Positions 16,869 through 25,972 of a stretch of DNA of 28,096 bases are shown here, one piece after another. The stretch is from a virus (Duplodnaviria > Caudoviricetes), in IMG/VR virus record IMGVR_UViG_3300017754_001493, positions 1 to 28,096 of that record, one strand, 5' to 3'. The translations under genes and the position numbers were made by a program. The first letter of the stretch is position 1. Each line of letters starts with the position of its first letter. The notes beneath the pieces were generated by a model that had not been told where the DNA came from, searched no databases, and saw only the letters and a list, made by a program, of their open reading frames with translations.

Positions 16869-18848
16869 ATGGCAGTCACTCAAACAACCAACCTCGGCTT
16901 GCCGATCATCACCACGGGTACGGAATCTGGTAACTGGGGTGACATCGTTGACAACGGGCTGACCTCTTACATGGACATCGCAGTTACCGGCACCCTGTCG
17001 CTGACCTCCGCGTCGTTCACGGCCAACGCGCTCACGCTCGCCAACACGTTTGGTACAAGCTCAGCCACCAATATTGCCGCGTCCACCGCGCAGTACGCCA
17101 TCCTCAAGCTGAGTTCTTTGGCAGCAAACGTCACCATCACCGCGCCCAGCGTCAGCAAGACCTACGTGGTGGCCAATACGGATTCGTCCTACACAGCGAC
17201 TATCAAGGCATCCGGCCAGACCGGCGTCATTGTTGCGGCTGGGGAGATGGCAGTTGTCTGGTTCAACGGCACCGACTACGTTAAAACCATGTCGCAGTTG
17301 GTGTACGCAAGCTACCGTATCCCTTACGGCAACGGGTCGATGAACTTCAGCTCGACCGACAACCTGTCCTACAACGGCACAACGCTGCGCGTCGGGGCAA
17401 ACTCTTTGTTGGGCGGCGCTACCAACCCCATCGTGGGTATGACAGGCTCTCAGGACAACTACATCCAGAGCTACATCTACAACGCCGCCAGCACAGGCAA
17501 CGCCTCTTCTGACTTCGTAGCCTACGCAGACAATAGTACGGATGCCGCTGGTTGGGTGGACTTGGGTTACACCAGCTCGACCTTCTCCGCTGCAGCTTAC
17601 ACGGTCACCGGCCCCAATGAGTCCTACCTATTTGCCTCCGCGCTGAACTCCAGCTTCACGGGCAACATGGTCTACGCCACCGATAGCACCGGCTCGGAGA
17701 ACGCGCATCAATGGTACGTCGATGGTTTCGACAAGGCCAAAGGCGCGTGGAGTATGCAGCTCGACTCTACCGGTTTGCAGTTGGAGACCGCGCTAAGCAA
17801 GTCTTATGGTGGTACCGGCCTTACTTCTGCCGGAACTGCGGGCAACGTGCTGGTGTCCGATGGAACCAACTGGACAAGCGCTGCCGTCTCCACGAGCAAA
17901 ATCCAGTCCATTTCTGCATCGGTAGCCACAAGTGCACTGACCATTTCTGCCTCTGCACTGACGCTGGACTTCCGCTCGGCTACCCTTAGTAGCGGTACTG
18001 TTACCACGGTATCGGGAACTCCGTCAAACTTGGTTGTTCCGTCTGGTACTACGCTGGGGACAATCGCGGCAACGCAATCCCGTCAGGTGGTTTTGGCGCT
18101 GAACAACGCTGGCACTATCGAGCTTGCGGTGTCTAACATTGCTGGTGGCACTGACCTTACTGAGACGGGACTCATAACTACCAACGCTATCGCGGCAACA
18201 TCTTCCTTTACCGGCACTATTGCAGTCACGACGGGCATCCTGACGTTGAACAGTACGGCTACCGGCACCTTCGCGTTGGGGCAAGCAATATCGGGCACCA
18301 ACGTAAGTGCTGGCACGTACATCATCTCTAAGCTGTCTGGAACTCTTGGCGTTTCAGGTTCTACGTACCAGACCAATCAATACACAGCCGCATCCGCTAC
18401 AACTATGAATGCAGTGGCAGGTATGGGGGCCTACTCCACCACTGCCCGCACAAACGTCGCGTACCGTGTGCTGGGGTACATTGAGTCTACGCAGGCCACT
18501 GCGGGTACTTGGGCAACTGCGCCATCTACTATCCAAGGTGTAGGCGGTCAGGCACTGACGGCCATGAGTTCTTTGGGGTACAGCCAAACTTGGCAGGATG
18601 TGACTTCAGCCAGAGCACTCAGTACTACGTACTACAACACTACGGGTCGTCCCATCTACATATACGCTTGGAATAATCTTGGGTCAAGCGGTAATAATAT
18701 TTTGTACATCAACGGGGTAGGTTTTATCTCTAACTACGGCTCTGCGTCCAACCAAGTCTGGGTTTGCCAGAATATCATTCCCCCCGGCGCTAGCTACTCT
18801 ATCACTATGGCCAATGGTGGCCCTGCCTCTTGGTTTGAACTTCGCTAA
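16869..18848 (+). CDS. Tail fibre / receptor-binding protein
   Basis: 659 aa mosaic. N-terminal TGTESGNWG anchor; C-terminal QTWQDVTSAR...YYNTTGRPI...IPPGASY...WFELR tip. Confidence 0.78.
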   Translation: MAVTQTTNLGLPIITTGTESGNWGDIVDNGLTSYMDIAVTGTLSLTSASFTANALTLANTFGTSSATNIAASTAQYAILKLSSLAANVTITAPSVSKTYVVANTDSSYTATIKASGQTGVIVAAGEMAVVWFNGTDYVKTMSQLVYASYRIPYGNGSMNFSSTDNLSYNGTTLRVGANSLLGGATNPIVGMTGSQDNYIQSYIYNAASTGNASSDFVAYADNSTDAAGWVDLGYTSSTFSAAAYTVTGPNESYLFASALNSSFTGNMVYATDSTGSENAHQWYVDGFDKAKGAWSMQLDSTGLQLETALSKSYGGTGLTSAGTAGNVLVSDGTNWTSAAVSTSKIQSISASVATSALTISASALTLDFRSATLSSGTVTTVSGTPSNLVVPSGTTLGTIAATQSRQVVLALNNAGTIELAVSNIAGGTDLTETGLITTNAIAATSSFTGTIAVTTGILTLNSTATGTFALGQAISGTNVSAGTYIISKLSGTLGVSGSTYQTNQYTAASATTMNAVAGMGAYSTTARTNVAYRVLGYIESTQATAGTWATAPSTIQGVGGQALTAMSSLGYSQTWQDVTSARALSTTYYNTTGRPIYIYAWNNLGSSGNNILYINGVGFISNYGSASNQVWVCQNIIPPGASYSITMANGGPASWFELR

Positions 18849-18856
18849 GGAAAATC

Positions 18857-19123
18857 ATGTACTACAAAGCACCGGACAATTCAGTCCACTTTCTTGATTC
18901 TGCGGAGTTCGAGTACCTGCTTCCTGCCGGTTCTGTGGCTATTACAGATGCCGAGGCTAATGCGCTGCGTCCTACAACAGAACTGACCTATGCACAGAAA
19001 CGTGCTGCGGAATACCCGCCCTATACCGACTATCTGGACGGTGTGGTGAAAGGTGACCAAGCGCAGATCGACGCATACGTTGCTGCTTGCTTGGCGGTTA
19101 AAGCCAAGTATCCTAAGAGCTAG
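18857..19123 (+). CDS. Probable tail fibre assembly chaperone
   Basis: 88 aa directly after the fibre gene. Contains YAQKRAAEYP...VKAKYPK. Confidence 0.65.
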   Translation: MYYKAPDNSVHFLDSAEFEYLLPAGSVAITDAEANALRPTTELTYAQKRAAEYPPYTDYLDGVVKGDQAQIDAYVAACLAVKAKYPKS

Positions 19124-19125
19124 CC

Positions 19126-19605
19126 ATGATCGACCCGATCACCGCCTTTGCTACGGCCCAAGCGGCCATCAAGGGAGTCCAAGCCGCGATCAAAATGGGC
19201 AAGGACTTGCAAGGCATCAGCGGTGATCTGATGAAGTTCTTTGAGCACAAGGACGTTGTTGCTAAGGCCGCGTCTGAACCGAAGAAGGGTTTTGGCAAGT
19301 CCGATACCGCTCAAGCCTTTGAAACCGTACTGCACGCCAAGATACTGCAAGACGCCGAGAACGAATTGAAGCAACACCTGATCTGGTCTGGTCAGGCTGA
19401 CGTGTGGCAGGCAATCCTGCTGGAACGAAACAAGATTGTGCAGAAGCGCAAAGCAGACGAGGCAGCTATGGAAAAGGCAAAGGCCAAGCGTAAGAAAGAG
19501 ATTGAAGAGGTGGTTGAGCTGGTACTACTGGTGATCGCCGCCGCTGGCTTCATCACGCTGCTTGCTTGGGGCACGATGGAATACATTGCATTCATGCGGA
19601 GGTAA
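19126..19605 (+). CDS. Coiled-coil protein with C-terminal transmembrane helix (lysis-cassette associated)
   Basis: 159 aa; MIDPITA N-terminus, basic coiled coil, hydrophobic LVLLVIAAAGFITLLAWG. Confidence 0.65.
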   Translation: MIDPITAFATAQAAIKGVQAAIKMGKDLQGISGDLMKFFEHKDVVAKAASEPKKGFGKSDTAQAFETVLHAKILQDAENELKQHLIWSGQADVWQAILLERNKIVQKRKADEAAMEKAKAKRKKEIEEVVELVLLVIAAAGFITLLAWGTMEYIAFMRR

Positions 19606-19606
19606 T

Positions 19607-20011
19607 ATGCTACTTGACTCAGTTCTTGGTATCGGCAATAAGCTGATCGACAAACTCATCCCCGACCCCGAGGCCAAAGCCAAGGCGCAGTTGGAGTTGG
19701 CAACCCTTGCGCAAAATGGTGAACTGGCCAAGATGGCCAACGAGACCGACATCTACAAAACGGAACAAGCCAATGTTACAGACCGCTGGAAATCTGACGA
19801 TGCTGCTGATAGTTGGCTTGCTAAAAATATTCGCCCTCTGTCTCTGGTTGCTATTTTTGTTGGCTATTTTTTGTTTGCTCTCATGTCTGCTTTTGGCTAC
19901 AACGCCAATGAGGGTTATGTCAATTTGCTGGGGCAGTGGGGTATGCTCATCATGTCGGCGTACTTTGGCGGCAAAACTCTTGAGAACATCATCGCGATGA
20001 AGACCAAATGA
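19607..20011 (+). CDS. Holin (3TM GTA-type family)
   Basis: ATG 19607 after GGAGG. Contains LIDKLIPDP, SWLAKNIRP, TM helices and AYFGGKTLE; overlaps the endolysin start. Confidence 0.78.
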   Translation: MLLDSVLGIGNKLIDKLIPDPEAKAKAQLELATLAQNGELAKMANETDIYKTEQANVTDRWKSDDAADSWLAKNIRPLSLVAIFVGYFLFALMSAFGYNANEGYVNLLGQWGMLIMSAYFGGKTLENIIAMKTK

Positions 20012-20439
20012 CCCAGTTGACAGAGCACTTTACCCTTGAAGAGCTGACGCGCACCGACCACCGTCAGTTCGACAACACGCCCGATGCCTTGGAAACAAGC
20101 AATCTGAAGCGTCTGGCCGAGTTTTTGGAGCAGGTCAAAGCTACCCTCGGGGGCAAGCCGATCATGGTGAACAGTGCCTTTCGCAGTCACGCCGTCAACA
20201 ACGCCGTGGGCAGCAAGGAAACTTCCCAGCACCGCGTGGGCTGCGCTGCGGACATCCGCGTGCCGGGCATGACGCCTGACCAAGTGGTTCGCGCCGTCAT
20301 TGCTGCCAACCTGCCGTTTGACCAGATCATCAGGGAATTCGACTCTTGGACGCACATCAGCGTCCCCAACTTGCCAACCTTTACACCAAGGAAGCAAGCA
20401 CTCATCATTGACAAAGCTGGCACTCGACCTTTTGCCTGA
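20008..20439 (+). CDS. Endolysin, Zn peptidase family M15
   Basis: HFTLEEL, SAFRS, SQHRVGCAAD (SxHxxGxAxD) and WTHIS Zn-ligand motifs. Confidence 0.88.
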   Translation: MTQLTEHFTLEELTRTDHRQFDNTPDALETSNLKRLAEFLEQVKATLGGKPIMVNSAFRSHAVNNAVGSKETSQHRVGCAADIRVPGMTPDQVVRAVIAANLPFDQIIREFDSWTHISVPNLPTFTPRKQALIIDKAGTRPFA

Positions 20440-20457
20440 TCCGTGGGAGAATGAGCC

Positions 20458-22590
20458 ATGCCTTTACAGAAGATCGTCCTCAAGCCCGGAGTAAACCGGG
20501 AGAACACTCGGTACACCAATGAAGGTGGCTACTACGAGTCGAACTTGGTTCGCTTTCGTCAAGGCACGCCCGAGAAGATTGGCGGCTGGCTGCAGATTTC
20601 CGGCAACACGTTCACAGGCATTTGCCGTTCGTTGTGGAACTGGATAACACTGGCAGGCGCTAATTTGATTGGCGTTGGTACTGAGGTGAAATTCTACGCG
20701 TCTCAAAACGGCGCTTACTACGACATCACCCCTGTAGTTAGTACCGAACTGCTTGGAACCGACCCAATTACCGGTAGCGGCACGACCACTGTCACCATAA
20801 CAGACCTGAACTACCACCCTGCCGTAGGCGACTACGTTATTTTTCATGGCGCGACTGCCGTGGGCGGTGTCACAATTAGCGGTGAGTACCAAGTCACTTC
20901 GCTGCCGTCATCGACTACGTACACCATCGTTGCAGCAAGTGCAGTTACGGGTACAGGCGGCGGCTCCGTCATGTACGCCTCGTACCTGCTCAGCGTTGGT
21001 ACAAGCACGTCCAGCACTTTCTTGGGCTGGGGTAGCGGTACATGGGGCAGCGGCACTTGGGGCGGTATCGGACAGGTTGTGAACCAAACCGGCCTGAAGC
21101 TGTGGACGCAGTACAACTTTGGCGAGAACTTGCTGTTCGGCCCCAAGCGCGGAGCCATGTACTACTGGAACGCGACAACCGCGCCGACTCTGGTAGCGCC
21201 CACTACGGTGACCATTTCTAACGGGGGCGGTGCCTCCGATGCGGTTATGACGGTCACGTCGAACACGACCACGACTTTGCCGGACAACACGGCCATCATG
21301 TTTGAGACCACGGCAGCGCTGCCGCTTCCATTGAAGCCGCTGACCATCTACTACACGACCAGTACCGGCTCCACTACATACAAGCTATCGGCTACATCTG
21401 GCGGGGCGTTCATCAAAACGACAACTGCCGGTTCGGGCGACCAAACGCTTTCCATCCGTGCTGTTCCAGTAACATCGCTCAGCGGTGCCTCTGACGTTCC
21501 CTTGACCCAGAACACGTTGCTGGTATCTGACGCCAGCCGCTTTACGCTCGTGTTTGGCTCCAATGACTACGGCAACGACACGTACGACCCGATGCTTGTG
21601 CGCTGGTCTGACCAAGAGAGCGTTACCAACTGGACGCCAGCAATCACCAATCAGTCCGGCAGCTTACGCCTGTCCCACGGGTCGCAGATTCAGGCTGTCC
21701 TGCAGTCCCGCCAAGAGATTTTGGTGTTCACCGATGCGGCGCTCTACTCGCTGCAGTATCTTGGGCCTCCGTACGTTTGGGGTTCTCAGCTTCTGTCGGA
21801 CAACATCTCCATCGTCAGTATCAATGCTGCCGCGTACACCAGCGGCATGGCGTTCTGGATGGGTGCAGACAAGTTCTACAAGTACGATGGCCGGGTGCAA
21901 CCCCTGCGCTGTGACCTGCGCCAGTTCATCTACAACGACATCAACCGAACCCAGTTCGGCCAGATTTTTGCTAGCACCAACGAGGGCTTCAACGAGGTCT
22001 GGTGGTTCTACTGCACCCAAAATAGTAACGTCATCAACCGATACGTGGTGTACAACTACGTCGAAGACGCTTGGTACTACGGCTCTATGGGGCGCACCGC
22101 TTGGCTAGACTCCTCATTATTGGACTACCCGATTGCTGCCACGTACTCAAACAACATTGTTTACCACGAGTACGGCGTGGATGACGGCACTCTGTTGCCT
22201 GCTACGGCAATGGAGTCGTCTATCACAACCTCGCAGTTTGATATTGGCGATGGTCACAACTTTGCGTTTGTGTGGCGTATGCTGCCCGACTTGACCTTCC
22301 GTGGGTCTACCGACGGCACCACACCTAGCTTGACCATGCAGCTCCAACCCCTGCAGAACTCCGGTTCGGGGTACAACGACCCCAAGTCCGTCGGCGGCAC
22401 AAGCTCGGACGCTACACAGACCGTCGCGGCAACGCAGACATACCCCATCGACTTGGACACCTTCACCGGCCAGTTGAACATCCGTGTGCGCGGTCGCCAG
22501 ATGTCTATGCGGATTGCCTGCAACACCCTCGGCACCCAGTGGCAGCTCGGAGCGCCCCGCATCGACATGCGCCCTGACGGAAGGCGCTAA
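20458..22590 (+). CDS. Tail nozzle / tubular protein B (P22 gp10-like beta-propeller)
   Basis: 710 aa. Contains VRFRQGTPEKIGGW, LVRWSDQE, FNEVWWFY, NRYVVYNY and RVRGRQ; precedes the internal proteins. Confidence 0.75.
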   Translation: MPLQKIVLKPGVNRENTRYTNEGGYYESNLVRFRQGTPEKIGGWLQISGNTFTGICRSLWNWITLAGANLIGVGTEVKFYASQNGAYYDITPVVSTELLGTDPITGSGTTTVTITDLNYHPAVGDYVIFHGATAVGGVTISGEYQVTSLPSSTTYTIVAASAVTGTGGGSVMYASYLLSVGTSTSSTFLGWGSGTWGSGTWGGIGQVVNQTGLKLWTQYNFGENLLFGPKRGAMYYWNATTAPTLVAPTTVTISNGGGASDAVMTVTSNTTTTLPDNTAIMFETTAALPLPLKPLTIYYTTSTGSTTYKLSATSGGAFIKTTTAGSGDQTLSIRAVPVTSLSGASDVPLTQNTLLVSDASRFTLVFGSNDYGNDTYDPMLVRWSDQESVTNWTPAITNQSGSLRLSHGSQIQAVLQSRQEILVFTDAALYSLQYLGPPYVWGSQLLSDNISIVSINAAAYTSGMAFWMGADKFYKYDGRVQPLRCDLRQFIYNDINRTQFGQIFASTNEGFNEVWWFYCTQNSNVINRYVVYNYVEDAWYYGSMGRTAWLDSSLLDYPIAATYSNNIVYHEYGVDDGTLLPATAMESSITTSQFDIGDGHNFAFVWRMLPDLTFRGSTDGTTPSLTMQLQPLQNSGSGYNDPKSVGGTSSDATQTVAATQTYPIDLDTFTGQLNIRVRGRQMSMRIACNTLGTQWQLGAPRIDMRPDGRR

Positions 22591-22592
22591 GC

Positions 22593-22892
22593 ATGGCACA
22601 GAAAAACGTAGCCGCCCCTCGGCTCCCCGGTGCCACGGATCAATACGATCCGGTGATGCTGAACGAGCTTATCAATATCTTGCGGCTGTACTTCAATCGG
22701 TTGGATAATGCAGGGCCTATCGCAGGGGCGTCCCAGTTCAACGGCACAGCCGTCGTGTCAGGGTTGAGTTTCCCGCCCAACCCCGGATCAACAACGCCCA
22801 GTTTGCCAACTCAAGCCGATCTCGCTAATCTACGCTCTGGGGACATCTACTACGACACCTCGGCAAGCAACGTACTGAAAGTAAAACTATGA
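22593..22892 (+). CDS. Small tail protein after the nozzle
   Basis: 99 aa; APRLP...ILRLYFNRLD helix, LRSGDIYYD C-terminus. Confidence 0.68.
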   Translation: MAQKNVAAPRLPGATDQYDPVMLNELINILRLYFNRLDNAGPIAGASQFNGTAVVSGLSFPPNPGSTTPSLPTQADLANLRSGDIYYDTSASNVLKVKL

Positions 22893-24889
22893 GCCTCCAA
22901 CACGTCGCCAACCATTTAGCCTCTCAGGGTCGCAACGGCGACTCTATGCTGATGCACGTCACACCGAATGAAGTGGCCGGTTTGCAGTCGCTTGCGCAGC
23001 AGCACGGCGGCTCTTTGACCGTCAACCCCAATACGGGTTTACCCGAAGCCAACTTCTTGGATGACATCGGCTTGGGCGCAGTCAACAAGTTTGTACCTGC
23101 TATTGCTGGCGCTGGGCTGTCTTTCTTTACGGGTATTGACCCGATGACAGCGGCGGGCATGGTGGGCGGCTTGGCAGGACTCAGCTCCGGCAGTCTTTCA
23201 GAAGGTATTAAGGCAGGTCTCGGCGCGTACGGCGGCGCAAGTTTGACTGGTGCTTTGAGTTCTGCGGGAGAAGCAGCGCAAGCGGCGGCGGACGGCGTGA
23301 GTGCCAGCGGCCCGGTAGGGGCTTCCAAAATTGCTGCGGCTTCCACCGAACCCATGAGCGTGCTGGACAAGCTAGGCGCGGGCGCAAGCGCTGCGGCAGA
23401 ACACCCAATGGACTTCATTAAGGACAACAAGTTTGCCCTAGGCGCTATCGCACTCCCCGCGCTAGCAGACATGGCCACTCCCGGCGCTGGCCCGACACCG
23501 CTCAAAAACACGGGCTACATCCGTCGCTACGCCAAGAACCCTGAGACTGGCGCACTGGAGCAAGTCGAAGCCGTGCCTGTTGACGATTGGGGCAGTCGGT
23601 CAGCCGTTTCGTTCGGCGGCGTTGGTCAGCCCGTCAAGTACATGGCTGGCGGTGGGATTACGACCGACCCGTTTACGGGCGAGGTAACGTACGTCGGTGA
23701 TGGCACTGAGACCGAGACAACGCCAGCAACACCAACTGCGACACCTAGTGGCACATATCGGGTCTACAACCCGGACACTAAAAAATACGACACCGTGAAT
23801 GCTTCCGGCACTCCGGTTGGCCCCGTTACGTTTGGCGGTGTTGCACGAACTACGCCAGTGATGCGCAACCCTAATGACACCCGTTCTGACTCCCAAAGTG
23901 CCTACGACTACCTGATGGGAAAGCCCGGCGCTCAGAACCCGATGTTGTTCTACCACCAGCAGGCCCCTGCCGCTTCTAGCGTTTTGGCCCCGTTGGACTT
24001 GGAGACTCGTACCGGTGGACACTACGTTCTCAATGCAGCCAAGACTGGCTACGATTGGATTCCCGATACCGCCGCTACGCCAGCCGCCGCAGACGCAGGC
24101 ATCGCCGCACTGGCCGCTGGCCGTGGCCAAGCCAACCCCAACAATGCTACTGACGGCAGCGCAGGCATCCCTGACAACGCAGGTACTCGCGCAGCGGTTG
24201 TAGCAGGAAACCAACTGGGTACGCTCGGAAATATTGCACTGGGCAAGATTGCCAATCTATTTGCCCCTGAGAAAACCCAAGCTGAAATAGATGCCACGGA
24301 TGTTGTGGACAAGTCATTCACACCACTTGCTCCCGGCGATTTTGGTTTTATGGGGCCACCCGCGCCCGATGGAAACGATAACGGCTTTATGGGGCCACCT
24401 GACCCGAGCGGGAGAGATGTAGGTCCGCCCGCTCCAGATGGAAGAGATGTAGGACCGCCTGCCCCCAGCCCAAATGGTGACGGTGGTGACGGTGGTGATG
24501 GTGGGGGCGGAGAGGCACGCGGCGGATTGAACCTGCACGGCAAATACTTCCCCCCTCAGTACGCCCAAGGCGGGATTGCTGCGCTGGCCGGTGGCGGTCT
24601 CGGTTCGCTGGGTGGATATTCTGATGGTGGTCAGCTACTTAAAGGCCCCGGTGACGGTGTGTCCGACAGCATCCCAGCTACAATTGGCCAAGGTCAACCA
24701 GCACGTTTGGCAGACGGAGAGTTTGTGATTCCAGCACGTATCGTGTCTGAACTGGGCAACGGTTCTACCGAGGCAGGCGCTAAGCAACTGTACGCAATGA
24801 TGGCACGCATCCAAGCAGGACGCGCTAAGACAACCGGTAAAAACAAAGTGGCAACGGACAGCAAAGCTGATCGTCACCTCCCCGCATAA
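22889..24889 (+). CDS. Internal virion/ejection-type protein with tape-measure-like GPG..SD..GEFV module
   Basis: 666 aa; N-terminal GRNGDSMLMHVTPNE...NPNTGLPEA, hydrophobic Gly/Ala segment, disordered middle, conserved-looking C-terminal module. Confidence 0.7.
   Translation: MSLQHVANHLASQGRNGDSMLMHVTPNEVAGLQSLAQQHGGSLTVNPNTGLPEANFLDDIGLGAVNKFVPAIAGAGLSFFTGIDPMTAAGMVGGLAGLSSGSLSEGIKAGLGAYGGASLTGALSSAGEAAQAAADGVSASGPVGASKIAAASTEPMSVLDKLGAGASAAAEHPMDFIKDNKFALGAIALPALADMATPGAGPTPLKNTGYIRRYAKNPETGALEQVEAVPVDDWGSRSAVSFGGVGQPVKYMAGGGITTDPFTGEVTYVGDGTETETTPATPTATPSGTYRVYNPDTKKYDTVNASGTPVGPVTFGGVARTTPVMRNPNDTRSDSQSAYDYLMGKPGAQNPMLFYHQQAPAASSVLAPLDLETRTGGHYVLNAAKTGYDWIPDTAATPAAADAGIAALAAGRGQANPNNATDGSAGIPDNAGTRAAVVAGNQLGTLGNIALGKIANLFAPEKTQAEIDATDVVDKSFTPLAPGDFGFMGPPAPDGNDNGFMGPPDPSGRDVGPPAPDGRDVGPPAPSPNGDGGDGGDGGGGEARGGLNLHGKYFPPQYAQGGIAALAGGGLGSLGGYSDGGQLLKGPGDGVSDSIPATIGQGQPARLADGEFVIPARIVSELGNGSTEAGAKQLYAMMARIQAGRAKTTGKNKVATDSKADRHLPA
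24338..24511 (+). repeat. Tandem Pro/Gly repeats (GFMGPP x2, RDVGPP x2, DGG x3)
   Basis: TTTATGGGGCCACC at 24347 and 24386; AGAGATGTAGG at 24413 and 24443; GGTGACGGT units. Confidence 0.85.
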
Positions 24890-24898
24890 GGAACAGTC

Positions 24899-25963
24899 AT
24901 GGCAGACCCAACATCAACAGTCCAGCAACAGGTAGGCTTTGCCCCCGAAATTGCCCCGTACGGGCAAGGCGTCTTGGCCGGTGCCGCGCAGGCGGTTGCC
25001 ACCCCATACCAAAGCTACGCTGACTGGGCAAAAACCCAAGGACTCAGCGGCGATCAAGTTGCGCAGTTCACCGACCTGCAGAAGCAGGCGTTCCAAGGCG
25101 CTCAAGGTTTGGGGCAGAACCAGTACTCCCAACAGGCTGCAGCAGGCTTGGCAGGCTTGTCTCAACAAGCAGGCAACGCCCAGTACAACCCGAACCAGTT
25201 CAACACGCAGAGCTTCAACGCCGCCGGTACTGCTGACCAGTACATGAACCCGTACATGCAGAGCGTGGTGGACATCCAGAAGCGCGAAGCACAACGCCAG
25301 TCCGGTATCCAAGGAACGCAACAGCAGGCCCAAGCCGCACAGGCCGGTGCCTTCGGCGGTAGCCGCGACGCCATCATGCGTGCCGAGCGCGAGCGCAATC
25401 TGGGAACCCAGATGAACGACATCCAAGCCCAAGGAAGCAACGCTGCATTCCAACAGGCGCAGCAGCAATTCAACGCCGAGCAGAACCGCAACCTGACCGC
25501 CCAACAGGCAACAGAGCAGTCGAACCAGTTCGGTGCAAATCTCGGTCTTCAGGGCACCCAAATGGGTCTGCAGGGCTACTCGGCGCTGGGTTCTCAGGGC
25601 CAGAACCTGTATGGCCAGACCACCGGCAACTTGGGAATTCAGAACCAAATGGGCACGCAGCAACAGCAGCAAGTCCAAAACATGCTCAACACTGGGTACC
25701 AAAACTACACCAACGAGCAGAACTACCCGTACAAGCAGATCGGCTTCATGTCCGACATCGTGCGCGGTTCGCCCATGTCCGGTCTCGGTTCAACGGTATA
25801 CCAACAGCAGCCGTCCATGCTTAATCAGGTGGCCGGTCTGGGCACCGCTGCAGCAGGTATGTACGGCGCGTACAACAAGTCCCAAGGAAACGCCAAGGGC
25901 GGCGAGATCAAATCTAAGAAACCTGCTGGACTGCCTGCGTTGCTTGTCCACAGCATGGCATAA
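24899..25963 (+). CDS. Gln-rich DNA ejection/pilot-type protein
   Basis: 354 aa. Contains YMNPYMQSVVD and AGAFGGSR, Q-rich helices and a C-terminal Gly/Ala segment; AAGGA RBS. Confidence 0.7.
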   Translation: MADPTSTVQQQVGFAPEIAPYGQGVLAGAAQAVATPYQSYADWAKTQGLSGDQVAQFTDLQKQAFQGAQGLGQNQYSQQAAAGLAGLSQQAGNAQYNPNQFNTQSFNAAGTADQYMNPYMQSVVDIQKREAQRQSGIQGTQQQAQAAQAGAFGGSRDAIMRAERERNLGTQMNDIQAQGSNAAFQQAQQQFNAEQNRNLTAQQATEQSNQFGANLGLQGTQMGLQGYSALGSQGQNLYGQTTGNLGIQNQMGTQQQQQVQNMLNTGYQNYTNEQNYPYKQIGFMSDIVRGSPMSGLGSTVYQQQPSMLNQVAGLGTAAAGMYGAYNKSQGNAKGGEIKSKKPAGLPALLVHSMA

Positions 25964-25972
25964 GGAAACATC

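Noticed and set aside
13842-18848. Diversity-generating retroelement target or invertible fibre cassette
   Set aside because: I saw no reverse transcriptase, invertase, near-identical TR/VR pair or inverted repeats in the window.
19562-19606. Longer TTG start for the holin
   Set aside because: It overlaps the upstream gene; GGAGG supports ATG 19607.
20424-20457. Leaderless promoter for the nozzle gene (TCGACC-17-GAGAAT)
   Set aside because: Weak consensus, and GGGAG is equally explained as the RBS.
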